Positions 9,680 through 19,755 are shown, counted from the stretch's first letter. The stretch: DNA of 64,000 nucleotides from Thermoplasmatota archaeon (GCA_046483845.1 JAWOCK010000027.1:11738-75737); one strand, 5' to 3'. Translations and numbers: made by a program. Notes: generated from the sequence alone by a model not told the origin.

Positions 9680-10423
9680 CTATTGGGAAAAGGTAAATCC
9701 GAAGTTGACCGATGTGTTCGTACCTTTTCCACCATTATGACCGTTGTACCTCAGTTTCCCGTTCATTACTTTTTCTGCGATTTTTTTAACTTCCTTGAGA
9801 TGTATGATGTCCAGGCCGAATGGGGATAGATATTTTGACATGCCAGAGATATGACCTTCGCCCACCACTGCAAGTATATGCATATATTCCTTGGAGAGTT
9901 CAAGTATCTTCTTTGCCATATATCTGTCTCTGTAATCTACAATATCCTTTTTTAATTGGGGAAAGGCTTTTCCGAATTGCTCCATATAAGTGTCCGGATC
10001 TTCCCCGATCTGTTGTATCCCTGTTTCCAGGGTTTTTTGTGGCAGTATGGATGCTCCAAGGACGGATCCCACAAGTTTCATCTTTTGACCCACGGTAAGA
10101 TCCTTCAAGATCCCGGAAACAACAGGGGTAGCTTCTACATCGATGAAAAAGTGTGGAACACCTATCTCATCAGCAGCTTCAGCCGCACCTATCATCTCTT
10201 CACCCACTTCTGCACCCTGTGTCTTCGCCGCTTTCTCATATATTCTCCTTAACCTTCGGAAGATAAAGGGGGCATCAGCATCTGACAGTTCTCCATTTTC
10301 CAGTGCATCGAACCGTATCTGGTCCAATTCCAAACAGACTGCCTCAGGGGATCTGGTATGGATTATATATTTTACACCCTCCTTTATGGAGAAGACATGT
10401 CCTATACCCACAAGAGTTATCAT
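9680..10423 (-). CDS. TraB/GumN-family protein
   Basis: N-terminal ITLVGIGHVFSIKEG (GTAHVS-like motif of the TraB family). ~250 aa, typical length. Confidence 0.6.
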   Translation of the reverse strand: MITLVGIGHVFSIKEGVKYIIHTRSPEAVCLELDQIRFDALENGELSDADAPFIFRRLRRIYEKAAKTQGAEVGEEMIGAAEAADEIGVPHFFIDVEATPVVSGILKDLTVGQKMKLVGSVLGASILPQKTLETGIQQIGEDPDTYMEQFGKAFPQLKKDIVDYRDRYMAKKILELSKEYMHILAVVGEGHISGMSKYLSPFGLDIIHLKEVKKIAEKVMNGKLRYNGHNGGKGTNTSVNFGFTFSQ

Positions 10424-10484
10424 TTTTGCTCTCCGATCGAAAGTTGAGAGGCATATGGTACTAATTATTTTTTATCCTAAGTGA

Positions 10485-11531
10485 TCAAATTGCAAGGTCG
10501 TCTAGATCTTCACCTGATTCCAAAGCGAACTTTTTCAAAGCTTTCCTGCCCCCCTCTGATATTTTCTCAGGAGGATCTATATAGACCACAACGTACAGAT
10601 CTCCTTGATCACCGGAAACAGGATCTGGAAAACCTTCACCTTCTATGAGGAATTCGGTTTTGCTCCTTGTCCTTGGGGGGATCCTCAGAGTTCTCCTTCC
10701 TTCAAGGGTGTTGATCCTCTGTTTACCTCCGAAAACTGCCTTGGGAAAGGTTATCGAAGCTTCGATATAAAGGTCATTATCCACTCTTTTCATGTCTGGA
10801 AGTTCTTCGACCTGGACAGTAACAAGCAGGTCTCCTCTTGGACCGCTCCCCAAACCGTATCCGCCCTTTCCATTTAATTTGATGATAGCACCATCTTCTA
10901 CACCCGGAGGAAGAGAGATCTTAACGGTCTCATAACCATTTACAAGACCTATACCTGAGCAATTTGAACAGAATCTCTGCATAAGGATACCTCTTCCATT
11001 GCAGGTGGAACAGGTCACTCTTTGATTAACATACCCCTGAGGCGTCTGAACAGGTTGTAGAAGGGCTCCCGATCCCCTACATGTAGGGCAGGCTGAGACG
11101 GGGGTGTTGGGTTCTGCTCCGGAACCACCACAATAGCTACATCTGATAGGCATCTGAACATCTACATCTTTCTTCACACCGTTGAATGACTCTTGGAAAG
11201 ATATCTTGAGGTTCAATTTAGTATCAGAACCTTTTTGAGGAGCTATTTGGGGTCCGCTGTATACATAACCAGTTGACTGCTGAGGTTGTTGAGGGACACC
11301 ACCTCCTCCATTTCTTCTCATGAGTTCAAGGTCGTATTTTTCCCTTTTCAAAGGGTTTGAGAGGACTTCATAGGCATCTTTGACCTTTTTGAAATTAACA
11401 GCTGCATCATCATGGGTGTCCTTGTTAAGGTCTGGATGTAGGGTCTTTGCAAGTTTCCTGTAAGCCCTCTTTACCTCATCCTGAGTAGCGTCATCTTCTA
11501 TTCCCAGGATACTGTAATAATCATCGTCCAA
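10485..11531 (-). CDS. dnaJ: Chaperone DnaJ (Hsp40)
   Basis: J domain with HPD (DYYSILGI..AYRKLAKTLHPD), Gly-rich linker, four CxxCxGxG zinc-finger repeats, C-terminal substrate-binding domains. First start in frame is TTG. Confidence 0.92.
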   Translation of the reverse strand: MDDDYYSILGIEDDATQDEVKRAYRKLAKTLHPDLNKDTHDDAAVNFKKVKDAYEVLSNPLKREKYDLELMRRNGGGGVPQQPQQSTGYVYSGPQIAPQKGSDTKLNLKISFQESFNGVKKDVDVQMPIRCSYCGGSGAEPNTPVSACPTCRGSGALLQPVQTPQGYVNQRVTCSTCNGRGILMQRFCSNCSGIGLVNGYETVKISLPPGVEDGAIIKLNGKGGYGLGSGPRGDLLVTVQVEELPDMKRVDNDLYIEASITFPKAVFGGKQRINTLEGRRTLRIPPRTRSKTEFLIEGEGFPDPVSGDQGDLYVVVYIDPPEKISEGGRKALKKFALESGEDLDDLAI

Positions 11532-11639
11532 TCTATCACCTTTTGAACAGGAAGCATGTAAGCTTTCTTCCTATTTTATTGTATCCAAGTAGAAAATATA
11601 AAGGAAAGGGGGATCGAGATCCCCCTGATTTAATTTGCC

Positions 11640-13844
11640 TCATTCGGTTATCTTGAGCTTTGCCCCACAATCTGGACATTTTATCCTAAGAGGCCTCTCC
11701 GGAGAATCGATCTCGATCTCTTCACCACATTTCGGGCAATCAATGTACTCCGGTTCATATTCCTCTTCTTCCTCCTCAACCTCTTCTTCTTCCTTCTTCT
11801 TTGAGGTTTTTTTGGACTTTTTCTTTTTGGGTTTTTCCTTATCTTCTGATTTTGATTTCTTCTTCTTCTTTGGTTTTTCCCCTGTCTTTTCACCAGTTGA
11901 TTTGGATTTTTTCTTCTTTGGTTTTTCCTCTTCTTCCTCTTTTGGCTTGGATTTCTTCTTCTTCTTTGGAGAACCCTTGATGGTACCCTTGGCGCCACAA
12001 TGTGGGCAGGTGATCTTCAAAGGTCTCTTTGGGGAGGTGATCTTTATGGGTTTTTTACATTTCGGACATTTGATGGTGACGGGTTCGTAGCCCTCTTCAT
12101 CCTCCCCGGACACTCCTGAGTATGCATCAGCAAATAAGGATTGGGACCTTTCGGTGAGTTCATCGATGGCTTTCTTCAATTCCTTTACGTTCTTGCCTTC
12201 CATTTTTTCCTTTAGGTCCTTTAGAGCTTCCTTTGTTTCCTTAACCTTCTTCTTATCTAACTTCTCCTTAAGCTCTGCCATGGCCTTTTCTGTTGAATAG
12301 ACCAATGCATCAGCCTGGTTTCGAAGTTCGGCCAGCTTCTTCTTCTTCTTATCAAGCTTCTCATACTTCTCGGCATCATCTATCATCTTGGATACCTCAT
12401 CCTCTGTTACTCCAGAAGATGGCTGGATGGTGATCTTCTGCTCCTTTCCTGTTGCAAGGTCCTTGGCTGAAACATTGACAATACCATTTGCATCAATATC
12501 GAAAGTAACCTCTATCTGTGGTACACCCCGCGGTGCTGGAGGTATCCCTATCAAATGGAATTTACCTAATGATTTATTATCTGATGACATCTCCCTTTCT
12601 CCCTGCACGACATGGATCTCTACAGATGTTTGATTGTCCTGAGCAGTGGAGAATATCTGGTTCTTCCTGCAAGGTATGGTGGTATTCCGCGGTATCAGTT
12701 TCGAGGTCAGACCTCCTACTGTTTCAACACCAAGGGATAATGGTGTTACGTCCAATAGGAGTACATCTTTTACCTCACCTGTTAGAACACCACCCTGTAT
12801 TGCGGCACCTACAGCTACGCATTCATCGGGGTTTATCCCTTTGTTAGGAGCCTTCCCGAAGAATTCCTTGATAAAGTTCTGGACTGCGGGCATTCTTGTA
12901 GATCCACCCACCAATAGGATCTGATGGATGTCCTTTGGAGTGATGCCAGCATCCTTCAATGATCTTTTTGTAGGTCCCTTGGTCGCATCGATCAGGTCCT
13001 CTGTCAAAGATTCGAACTTGGCCCTTGTCAGAGTATAATCTATATGCTTGGGCCCATCCTCATCAGCAGCAATGTAGGGAAGATTAATGCTTGTATCAAG
13101 CCTAGATGATAGCTCTATCTTTGCTTTCTCAGACGCTTCCTTTAGTCTCTGCATTGCATTTTTGTCTTCTCTCAGACTGATATCCGTTTCATCCTCGAAT
13201 TTTTCTATCATCCAATCCATAATACGAGCATCAAAATCATCACCGCCCAATAGGTTGTTCCCTGAGGTTGCCTTCACCTCGAAAACACCTTCTCCTATAT
13301 CCAGGATAGATACATCGAAGGTACCTCCTCCTAGATCGAATACTAGGATGGTCTGTTCGATCTCCTGCTTATCCAGACCATATGCCAGCGAAGCAGCAGT
13401 TGGCTCATTTATTATCCTCAACACATCGAGACCGGATATTCTACCTGAATCCCTCGTAGCCTGACGTTGAGGATCCTCAAAATATGCTGGAACAGTGATG
13501 ACGGCCTTATCTATATCCTCACCCAGATATTCCTGGGCATCTTTTTTGAGCTTTCTTAAGATCATTGCTGATATCTCTTGAGGTGTGTAGATCTTTTCAT
13601 CTACTTTGACCTTGTATTTTGTACCCATTTTCCTTTTGATCGATGAAATCGTTCTTTCGGGATTGGTAACTGCTTGTCTTTTTGCCACATGACCAACAAG
13701 GACCTCACCATCTTCTGTAAATGCCACAACGGACGGCATAGTCCTAGTTCCCTCAGCCGTTGGAATAACGACAGGCTCACCACCCTCAAGGACTGCCATA
13801 GCTGAATAGGTAGTCCCCAGATCGATCCCTATTACCTTTGCCAT
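11640..13844 (-). CDS. dnaK: Chaperone DnaK (Hsp70) with ~130-aa C-terminal extension: two zinc-ribbon motifs flanking a poly-Lys/Glu low-complexity tract
   Basis: [14 protein letters not shown].. canonical Hsp70 NBD and SBD. Strong SD AAGGAGGAG upstream. C-terminal tail [27 protein letters not shown]...KKKKK...[27 protein letters not shown]. Confidence 0.95.
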   Translation of the reverse strand: MAKVIGIDLGTTYSAMAVLEGGEPVVIPTAEGTRTMPSVVAFTEDGEVLVGHVAKRQAVTNPERTISSIKRKMGTKYKVKVDEKIYTPQEISAMILRKLKKDAQEYLGEDIDKAVITVPAYFEDPQRQATRDSGRISGLDVLRIINEPTAASLAYGLDKQEIEQTILVFDLGGGTFDVSILDIGEGVFEVKATSGNNLLGGDDFDARIMDWMIEKFEDETDISLREDKNAMQRLKEASEKAKIELSSRLDTSINLPYIAADEDGPKHIDYTLTRAKFESLTEDLIDATKGPTKRSLKDAGITPKDIHQILLVGGSTRMPAVQNFIKEFFGKAPNKGINPDECVAVGAAIQGGVLTGEVKDVLLLDVTPLSLGVETVGGLTSKLIPRNTTIPCRKNQIFSTAQDNQTSVEIHVVQGEREMSSDNKSLGKFHLIGIPPAPRGVPQIEVTFDIDANGIVNVSAKDLATGKEQKITIQPSSGVTEDEVSKMIDDAEKYEKLDKKKKKLAELRNQADALVYSTEKAMAELKEKLDKKKVKETKEALKDLKEKMEGKNVKELKKAIDELTERSQSLFADAYSGVSGEDEEGYEPVTIKCPKCKKPIKITSPKRPLKITCPHCGAKGTIKGSPKKKKKSKPKEEEEEKPKKKKSKSTGEKTGEKPKKKKKSKSEDKEKPKKKKSKKTSKKKEEEEVEEEEEEYEPEYIDCPKCGEEIEIDSPERPLRIKCPDCGAKLKITE

Positions 13845-14020
13845 ATTAGAACTCCTCCTTTCGCATTGGTCTATTTTGATACGAACATCACAGTAGCGCT
13901 ATTTCCGGTATAAGAAACTAGCATATTATAGCTGTCTGTTTCAACTCTAAATTAGTATTTATAAATTTCCCCACCTCTCAAAAATCAGGGTAAATATCGA
14001 GATGTCTGGACAATACCATG

Positions 14021-14887
14021 TCACTCCTCATCCAATTCATCTACCTCATCAAGAACTTCGTCGATCTCCTCTATTTCGTCGATCTCTTCTATTTCACCGA
14101 TCTCGTCGACTTCTTCATCTCTCTCCTTCTTTTTCGACTTTTTCTTTCTTGGTTTCCCTCCCTTGGAAACCACGACCTTTGCCGGTCTCAATACGATTCC
14201 ATCCAATAGATAACCTTTGGACTCAACTCTTATAACAGTATTATCTGGAACGTCCTTCCTGTCCTTTATTTCAATGGCTTCATGGAAAGTTGGGTCGAAT
14301 CTTTCTTCCATTGGATCGACGATCTCCACATCATTGACCTCAAGGAGCTTGATGAGGCCTTTCTTTATTGACCCCACACCTTCATAGATCTTTTTCGCCT
14401 CGGAAGTACTTAATCTTTCTGCTTCCATCATTGCCCTGTCAAAATTATCCAACACTTCGATCAATCCCAGGATCAAATTCTTTGAACCCTGTTTGATTCG
14501 GCGTTTTACTTCATTATCTGTTCTCTTTTTAAAATTTTCAAAATCTTTTTGATTTCTGTTCAGTTTCTTTTCGTAAGCATTTGCCAATGCTATCTGCTTA
14601 TTTATATCCTCTTCGAGTTTCTCTTTATTCGATCTGAGATTTTCTATTTCGTCCTCCAACATTTCCAATTCATGTTCGTAACTTTTCTTTTCATCTTGAT
14701 ATTCTTTGAGCTCCTCCTTCAGTTTGGATATCTTCCCAAGGTAAATGGCCATCCTCCTCTTGACCCCTTCAGGTATAGGCGTCATCTTTGCCTTTTTTCC
14801 CGATCCAGCTTCTTTTGAAGTTTTCCTGTCCTTATTCTCATCTTCATCTTCCAATTCGAATTCCAAGTCATCTTCATCGGGATTCAT
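14021..14887 (-). CDS. grpE: Nucleotide exchange factor GrpE with acidic N-terminus and K-rich/acidic-repeat C-terminal tail
   Basis: GrpE core FENFKKR..LILGLIEVLDNFDRA..GYLLDGIVLRPAKVVVSK. ATG at 14887 preceded by GGTGGT. Tail KGGKPRKKKSKKKERDEEVDEIGEIEEIDEIEEIDE. Operon order grpE-dnaK-dnaJ. Confidence 0.85.
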   Translation of the reverse strand: MNPDEDDLEFELEDEDENKDRKTSKEAGSGKKAKMTPIPEGVKRRMAIYLGKISKLKEELKEYQDEKKSYEHELEMLEDEIENLRSNKEKLEEDINKQIALANAYEKKLNRNQKDFENFKKRTDNEVKRRIKQGSKNLILGLIEVLDNFDRAMMEAERLSTSEAKKIYEGVGSIKKGLIKLLEVNDVEIVDPMEERFDPTFHEAIEIKDRKDVPDNTVIRVESKGYLLDGIVLRPAKVVVSKGGKPRKKKSKKKERDEEVDEIGEIEEIDEIEEIDEVLDEVDELDEE

Positions 14888-15399
14888 TTGTACCACCAGT
14901 ACAATAAACAGAAAGCTTGAATGAATAGTTAGTAAATAATGATTTTGCTTTTTATCAGTATTCCACTGGTTTTTCATTTGTGGTCCGCACACTGGCCAGC
15001 CGGTCTCCCCAGATAGTAGGGGCCACAGATCCTATGCCTCCTAAAGCGAAACGGTATAGCGCCCTAAGGAAAATAGAAGTGCATGGATCCTAATGCAGGC
15101 TCCCGCGAAAAAGATCAGAATAAGATTTCAGCCATCTTTCGCCTTGCCATAAATTTATCAGCGATCAATTCGGGCGGGAAGAAAACGATGATAAATTGAT
15201 TCCCACCAACTCCCATTAGGATTTGAAACAAAACGCTGGTGGGCCCGCCCGGATTTTCTTCTTTCAGGTGAGATATCGTTGTGAAAATCTGCCACCATTG
15301 GAAGCTGGGACCCTAGGGTGTCAGACATATCAAAATCGAATGATATCAAAATGGATCTGCGATTTTGATTGTCCGGTCGGGCCCATCTCTACAATTGGA

Positions 15400-15417
15400 A
15401 TATTATTAAAAACAAGA
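15400..15417 (-). terminator. Oligo-T tract immediately downstream of tRNA-Pro (archaeal-type terminator candidate)
   Basis: Minus-strand sequence after the tRNA 3' end reads TCTTGTTTTTAATAATATT. Confidence 0.35.
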
Positions 15418-15490
15418 TGGGCCCGCCCGGATTTGAACCGGAGTCTATGCGTCCCGAACGCACAAGTATACCAAGCTAACCCACGGGCCC
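15418..15490 (-). tRNA. tRNA-Pro (anticodon CGG), 73 nt, no encoded CCA
   Basis: Reverse complement folds as acceptor GGGCCCG/CGGGCCC (7 bp), T-arm UCCGG-UUCAAAU-CCGGG, anticodon stem GUGCG/CGCAU with loop UUCGGGA (anticodon CGG). D-stem has one U:U mismatch. Confidence 0.75.
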
Positions 15491-15605
15491 ACGGTATGTT
15501 GGCAAATGAAATGAGGTAATATGAGTGGAACGGAGAATATGTTCCTACCTGTGCACCTCAGGACATGGAATGGGAACTTATTTTTAAAACCTTTGAAGGA
15601 AAGCA

Positions 15606-17849
15606 CTATTTTCTTCCGTGGTACGATGAATATATTGCCGAAAGCAGATGGTGGTCAACATCAACATATGGCATCTCCTCTCTCAACACATCCCTGTTCG
15701 CCGTCGTGAGCTCCATTATCTTCTGGAAGTTATCTGTCGCCACCTGTATGGACCCATCCTCCGCCCTGGCTAGAGAGGAATCTATGTATTCCTTGAGCTT
15801 CTCCGGTAGCTCTTCATTGCTCTTTATTGCACCCAGGAAATCTTTATATGCTTCTGAAGCGGCCTCATGGTTACCCAATTTGTAAAGAAGGGAAGCCTTT
15901 GTGACCATAAAATAGTACCTCAATTTTTTAGGTATTTTCTCATCATCTATCCTCTCCAGGGCTTTCAAGGATTTCCCGGGTCCCTCTACCTTCTCCATTA
16001 GGTAGGGGGTCCAAAGTTTCACGCAATCAGCTATGGCGCGTGTAATATCATCCTTGGGTTCCTTTATATCTATCTTCCTGAACCTCTTCAGTGCAATTTC
16101 AAAATCATCATCCCGGATATCAATGAGAGAGTACATGAAATCCTTCATCATCCTATGTTTGGGATCAAGTCTGGAAACCAGTGCTTCTCCGATATTCCTC
16201 CCCATCTCCTTCAACAGATCCTTGGTGGGTATCTGCATATTCGCCTTGATCAGTGTCTCCATGGATTCCACCGCACTGCCGGACCCCAAGAGGTGGTATA
16301 TCTCCTCTGACACATAGAGCGGCACCGGCCCCAGACCGGATTCGTCCTCCTTTCCGAATGGAAATGGAGGGACATCACCCTGTATGTTCTCGTGGAACCC
16401 GAGTGATTCCAGTTTGTTGTGAAAGAGCTCGGCAAGGAGTCTATGCGCCTCTACACGGTCTTCCCTGGACAGGTTCGTGACCGAGTGGTCCTTGATCAGG
16501 TCATGTATAACATAACTCCCCGGGGTCCCGAATATGAGGTGATGGTCCATCAACGATTTCATCACCTCGGGGTCCACCTCCATGACCATCCTTATATCAT
16601 CCTCTCCCAGCTGGAGCCTGCACAGGGAAAGAAGACCCAGGACCTTCAGTTCCTCTCTGGTCAGATTGTTGAAGATCTCATCGGCCAGGAACTGGTCGAA
16701 ATCGGCGATATCGTAATTGTACCCCTCTCTCTCGACGAGTACAAGCGCAAGCGGGTGACCTCCTGTTCTATCTATGATGGTGTCTACCTCATCGTCTTTG
16801 AAACCTCTCTTCTGCAGGAATTTTTTTGAGGTTTCCCTGTCGAAGCCCAAAAGTTCCATCTCACCTATGAGGTTCTTTATCCTGACATCTCTGATATCAT
16901 AGAACGATGCCTTCTTCCTGGAAAGGACAAGCATGTTGAACTTTCTCAGGTTACCAATCCTTTCCTTGAAGGAGGTGAGGAACATCTCGATCTCCCCCGG
17001 TCCTCTGTGAAGGTCATCGATGATGAGCAGGTACGGAACCTCTGACGGAGCCTCACGGAGAAGGTCCGATACGGCCTCTATATCTATGTCCTGGGTGTTC
17101 TCCAAATAGGATCTGAGGGTCTCCCAACCTGACCTTGCAAGGAATCTACCCAATTCTTTGAAGAGGTAGTTTATGGAGGTCCATTCCTTGAGGTCAATAT
17201 AGAAAATGTTCATCTCTTTCTGGAACATCTGGGTTATCCTCCAACTCAAGGTGGTCTTGCCAACACCGGCTATACCGTATATGACATAGATCTTCTTCTT
17301 TGGGGATGAGAGGAACGATTTGATCTCCTCAATTTCCCTTTCTCTTCCCATGAACATGTCCGGTGGTGAAAGGGAATGTGTGTACAGGATATGTCCTTTC
17401 CTGTCCTCCTTGGTCTCCGGTGGTCTGTCCTTGTCGAGCTTTCCGGAGCTCACCACCTCCGAGACGTTCTTGAGGTTAACGCTCCCCTCTTCCAATAGCT
17501 CCCCTATACTCTTCGTGTCCCTCTTATCCTCATCTTTCACCTCAACGCTGATGGCTTTCAGTTCATCGAGCAGCTCCTTTGCCTCCATTACGCCCTTGTC
17601 CGTGAGCATGTATACCTTTCTTCTCCTGGTGAGCCCGTCTATGTGCGCGAGATGCTCTTCCACGAGCTCCTTGTTGATAAGGGAACCGACAGCCCTAGGT
17701 ACAGCGGACCTTATTATTCCGAGATTGTTGGCGATACCGTCCTGGGTTACGTCAAGTGGGGCTTGGAGTTCGCCCCTGAACCTTGTATAATCAAGGAGCA
17801 GGACCATTATCTTGTCCCCGACCGTCAACCTCTTTCCTTTCGATACCAT
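15606..17849 (-). CDS. STAND-type NTPase (archaeal ATPase family) with N-terminal winged-HTH and C-terminal helical/TPR-like repeats
   Basis: N-terminal wHTH (DGIANNLGIIRSAVPRAVGSLINKELVEE). Walker A VIYGIAGVGKTTL preceded by a FMGREREIEEI motif as in Arch_ATPase/NB-ARC-like proteins. Walker B-like LLIIDDLH. Long alpha-helical C-terminal region. Confidence 0.6.
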   Translation of the reverse strand: MVSKGKRLTVGDKIMVLLLDYTRFRGELQAPLDVTQDGIANNLGIIRSAVPRAVGSLINKELVEEHLAHIDGLTRRRKVYMLTDKGVMEAKELLDELKAISVEVKDEDKRDTKSIGELLEEGSVNLKNVSEVVSSGKLDKDRPPETKEDRKGHILYTHSLSPPDMFMGREREIEEIKSFLSSPKKKIYVIYGIAGVGKTTLSWRITQMFQKEMNIFYIDLKEWTSINYLFKELGRFLARSGWETLRSYLENTQDIDIEAVSDLLREAPSEVPYLLIIDDLHRGPGEIEMFLTSFKERIGNLRKFNMLVLSRKKASFYDIRDVRIKNLIGEMELLGFDRETSKKFLQKRGFKDDEVDTIIDRTGGHPLALVLVEREGYNYDIADFDQFLADEIFNNLTREELKVLGLLSLCRLQLGEDDIRMVMEVDPEVMKSLMDHHLIFGTPGSYVIHDLIKDHSVTNLSREDRVEAHRLLAELFHNKLESLGFHENIQGDVPPFPFGKEDESGLGPVPLYVSEEIYHLLGSGSAVESMETLIKANMQIPTKDLLKEMGRNIGEALVSRLDPKHRMMKDFMYSLIDIRDDDFEIALKRFRKIDIKEPKDDITRAIADCVKLWTPYLMEKVEGPGKSLKALERIDDEKIPKKLRYYFMVTKASLLYKLGNHEAASEAYKDFLGAIKSNEELPEKLKEYIDSSLARAEDGSIQVATDNFQKIMELTTANRDVLREEMPYVDVDHHLLSAIYSSYHGRK

Positions 17850-17957
17850 ACTGAACCCCTCCGCTCGCCTCTTCTACTCACATATAGTGGAACTTCGATA
17901 TAAATGGATTAGTGTTGACCTGAAAAATATATAATAACCAGGCCCGGTTCGGATCCC

Positions 17958-19088
17958 ATGCCAATCAGGTACACGAATGAACTGCTCGATTCTTCCATGG
18001 GAATACCTCCTCTTGGATGCAGATACTGCGACAGGGGAGCCAAGATGGTGCTTTACATAACGGGTATCTGCAAACAGGAATGTTTCTACTGCCCATTGTC
18101 TGAGAAGAAGAAGGATAAGGATGTCATCTACGCCAACGAGAGGAAGGTGGAAGGCGGGGACTGGTCGGACCGGATCCTGGACGAGGCAAAGAGGATGAAG
18201 GCGCTCGGGACAGGGATCACGGGAGGGGACCCGATGGTGGTACCCGAAAGAACCATGGAAATAATAAAGGTCCTAAAGAACGAGTTCGGGGTAAGACATC
18301 ACATCCATCTCTACACCACCGGTCCGTTCGATATGACCCTCCTACCTGACATGAAAGAATCGGGACTGGATGAGATAAGGTTCCATCCTCCGGTGAGTAC
18401 CTGGCCATCCTTCACTGACCCTGCAAATGGATCATCCGCTCCTTATCACGAACTGATAATGAAGGCCAAGGAAGCTGATCTGGTCACCGGGTTGGAGATA
18501 CCGGCGGTGGTGGATGTCCGGTGCCAAGGAGAATATTCAAAGGGTCTGGAGGAACTCTCTCAATATGCCATCAAGAACGGGTTGGAATTCGTCAACATCA
18601 ACGAACTGGAAGCTTCCCACACCAATATGAAGACATTCAAGGAGAGGGGATATGAACTTGTGGGGGACTCCATGGCGGTAAAGGGGTCGAGGGAACTTGC
18701 ACTATCAGTAATGGACAAGATGCAGAAGAAGTACCCTGAAAGCGGAACAGTCCTTCATCTCTGCACCTCTGTTTACAAGGATTCTGTTCAATTGAGGCAC
18801 AGGTTGAAACGAACCGCGGATAACATCAAGGGTCCATATGATACCGTGACAGATGATGGGACCCTTCTGAGAGGTATCATCGAGACCGATGTACCGGACA
18901 GACTTCGCAATTGGATAATTGAAACCTTCGAGGTTCCCGTTGAGCTGATGGACATACGGCGGAACAAGCTTCAGATCGCTGCCTGGGTTCTTGAGGAGAT
19001 AGGTCCAGAACTGGAGGAAGAATGCTACATCTCCGAGGTCTATCCGACCTGGGATTCACTGGAGGTGGAAAGGATGCCTGTCCGATGA
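17958..19088 (+). CDS. Radical SAM domain protein (PFL-activase-like, unknown function)
   Basis: CKQECFYC (CxxxCxxC) radical SAM cluster motif plus an upstream CRYCDRG pair. Region GITGGDPMV suggests glycine-rich SAM-binding. Confidence 0.7.
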   Translation: MPIRYTNELLDSSMGIPPLGCRYCDRGAKMVLYITGICKQECFYCPLSEKKKDKDVIYANERKVEGGDWSDRILDEAKRMKALGTGITGGDPMVVPERTMEIIKVLKNEFGVRHHIHLYTTGPFDMTLLPDMKESGLDEIRFHPPVSTWPSFTDPANGSSAPYHELIMKAKEADLVTGLEIPAVVDVRCQGEYSKGLEELSQYAIKNGLEFVNINELEASHTNMKTFKERGYELVGDSMAVKGSRELALSVMDKMQKKYPESGTVLHLCTSVYKDSVQLRHRLKRTADNIKGPYDTVTDDGTLLRGIIETDVPDRLRNWIIETFEVPVELMDIRRNKLQIAAWVLEEIGPELEEECYISEVYPTWDSLEVERMPVR

Positions 19089-19158
19089 TGCTCCAGGAGA
19101 TATTGCGGACCGACCTGAAATCAATTGGTTTATATGGAAATAATCTTTCACAGATACC

Positions 19159-19755
19159 ATGGATTCCTTAAAGGTCGCTGTGATAGGTCTGCAAGGGGAT
19201 GTCGAGGAACATATCAAAGCCTTTCAGAATGCTTTTTCAAAGCTTGGAATGAAAGGAGAGATCGTATGGGCCAGAAGGCCAGCGGACATGCTAGGCGTCG
19301 ATGGTGTCGTTCTTCCTGGCGGGGAATCAACGACCATATCCAAGCTGGTAACCCGTTTTGAACTCCGTGATATCATCAAGGCCATGGCATCGGAAGGCTC
19401 CCCCGTCCTGGGAACCTGCGCCGGCTGCGTTCTCCTTGCCAAAGAAGGTGATGAGCTTGTTCGGAGGACAGGGACGGAGCTCCTCGGCTTGATGGACATG
19501 GAGGTCAACAGGAACGCTTTCGGACCACAGAGGGAATCCTTCGAGGCCGATGTCAGAATAGAGAATATAGGAACCTATCCCGGCGTCTTCATTAGAGCAC
19601 CCTTGATAACGAAGGTGTGGGGATCCTGCAGGGCAATTGGCACATTGGGTGAGAAGATGGTCCTTGCGAGGCAGGATAACCTGCTTGCGGCAAGCTTCCA
19701 CCCGGAGCTTACCGAGGACATACGATTCCACGAGATGTTCATTGATATGTTCTAA
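19159..19755 (+). CDS. pdxT: Pyridoxal 5'-phosphate synthase glutaminase subunit PdxT
   Basis: VAVIGLQGDVEEH, LPGGESTT, catalytic GTCAGCV, FHPELT motifs of class I glutaminase PdxT/Pdx2. Confidence 0.9.
   Translation: MDSLKVAVIGLQGDVEEHIKAFQNAFSKLGMKGEIVWARRPADMLGVDGVVLPGGESTTISKLVTRFELRDIIKAMASEGSPVLGTCAGCVLLAKEGDELVRRTGTELLGLMDMEVNRNAFGPQRESFEADVRIENIGTYPGVFIRAPLITKVWGSCRAIGTLGEKMVLARQDNLLAASFHPELTEDIRFHEMFIDMF

Noticed and set aside
11635-12090. ORFs on both strands (151 aa plus-strand, 105 aa minus-strand in another frame) overlapping the 3' end of dnaK
   Set aside because: They are low-complexity translations (poly-S/F or poly-R/K) of the aag/gaa repeat DNA that encodes the DnaK lysine/glutamate tail; no independent signal.
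14993-15417. 425-bp non-coding gap upstream of grpE examined for SRP RNA or RNase P RNA, and two short ORFs (15158..15349, 15223..15519)
   Set aside because: No GGAAAGTCCGG-type P4 or SRP domain-IV motifs found on either strand. The short ORFs overlap tRNA-Pro or each other and have no features. The region is better explained as promoter plus tRNA trailer with integration scar.
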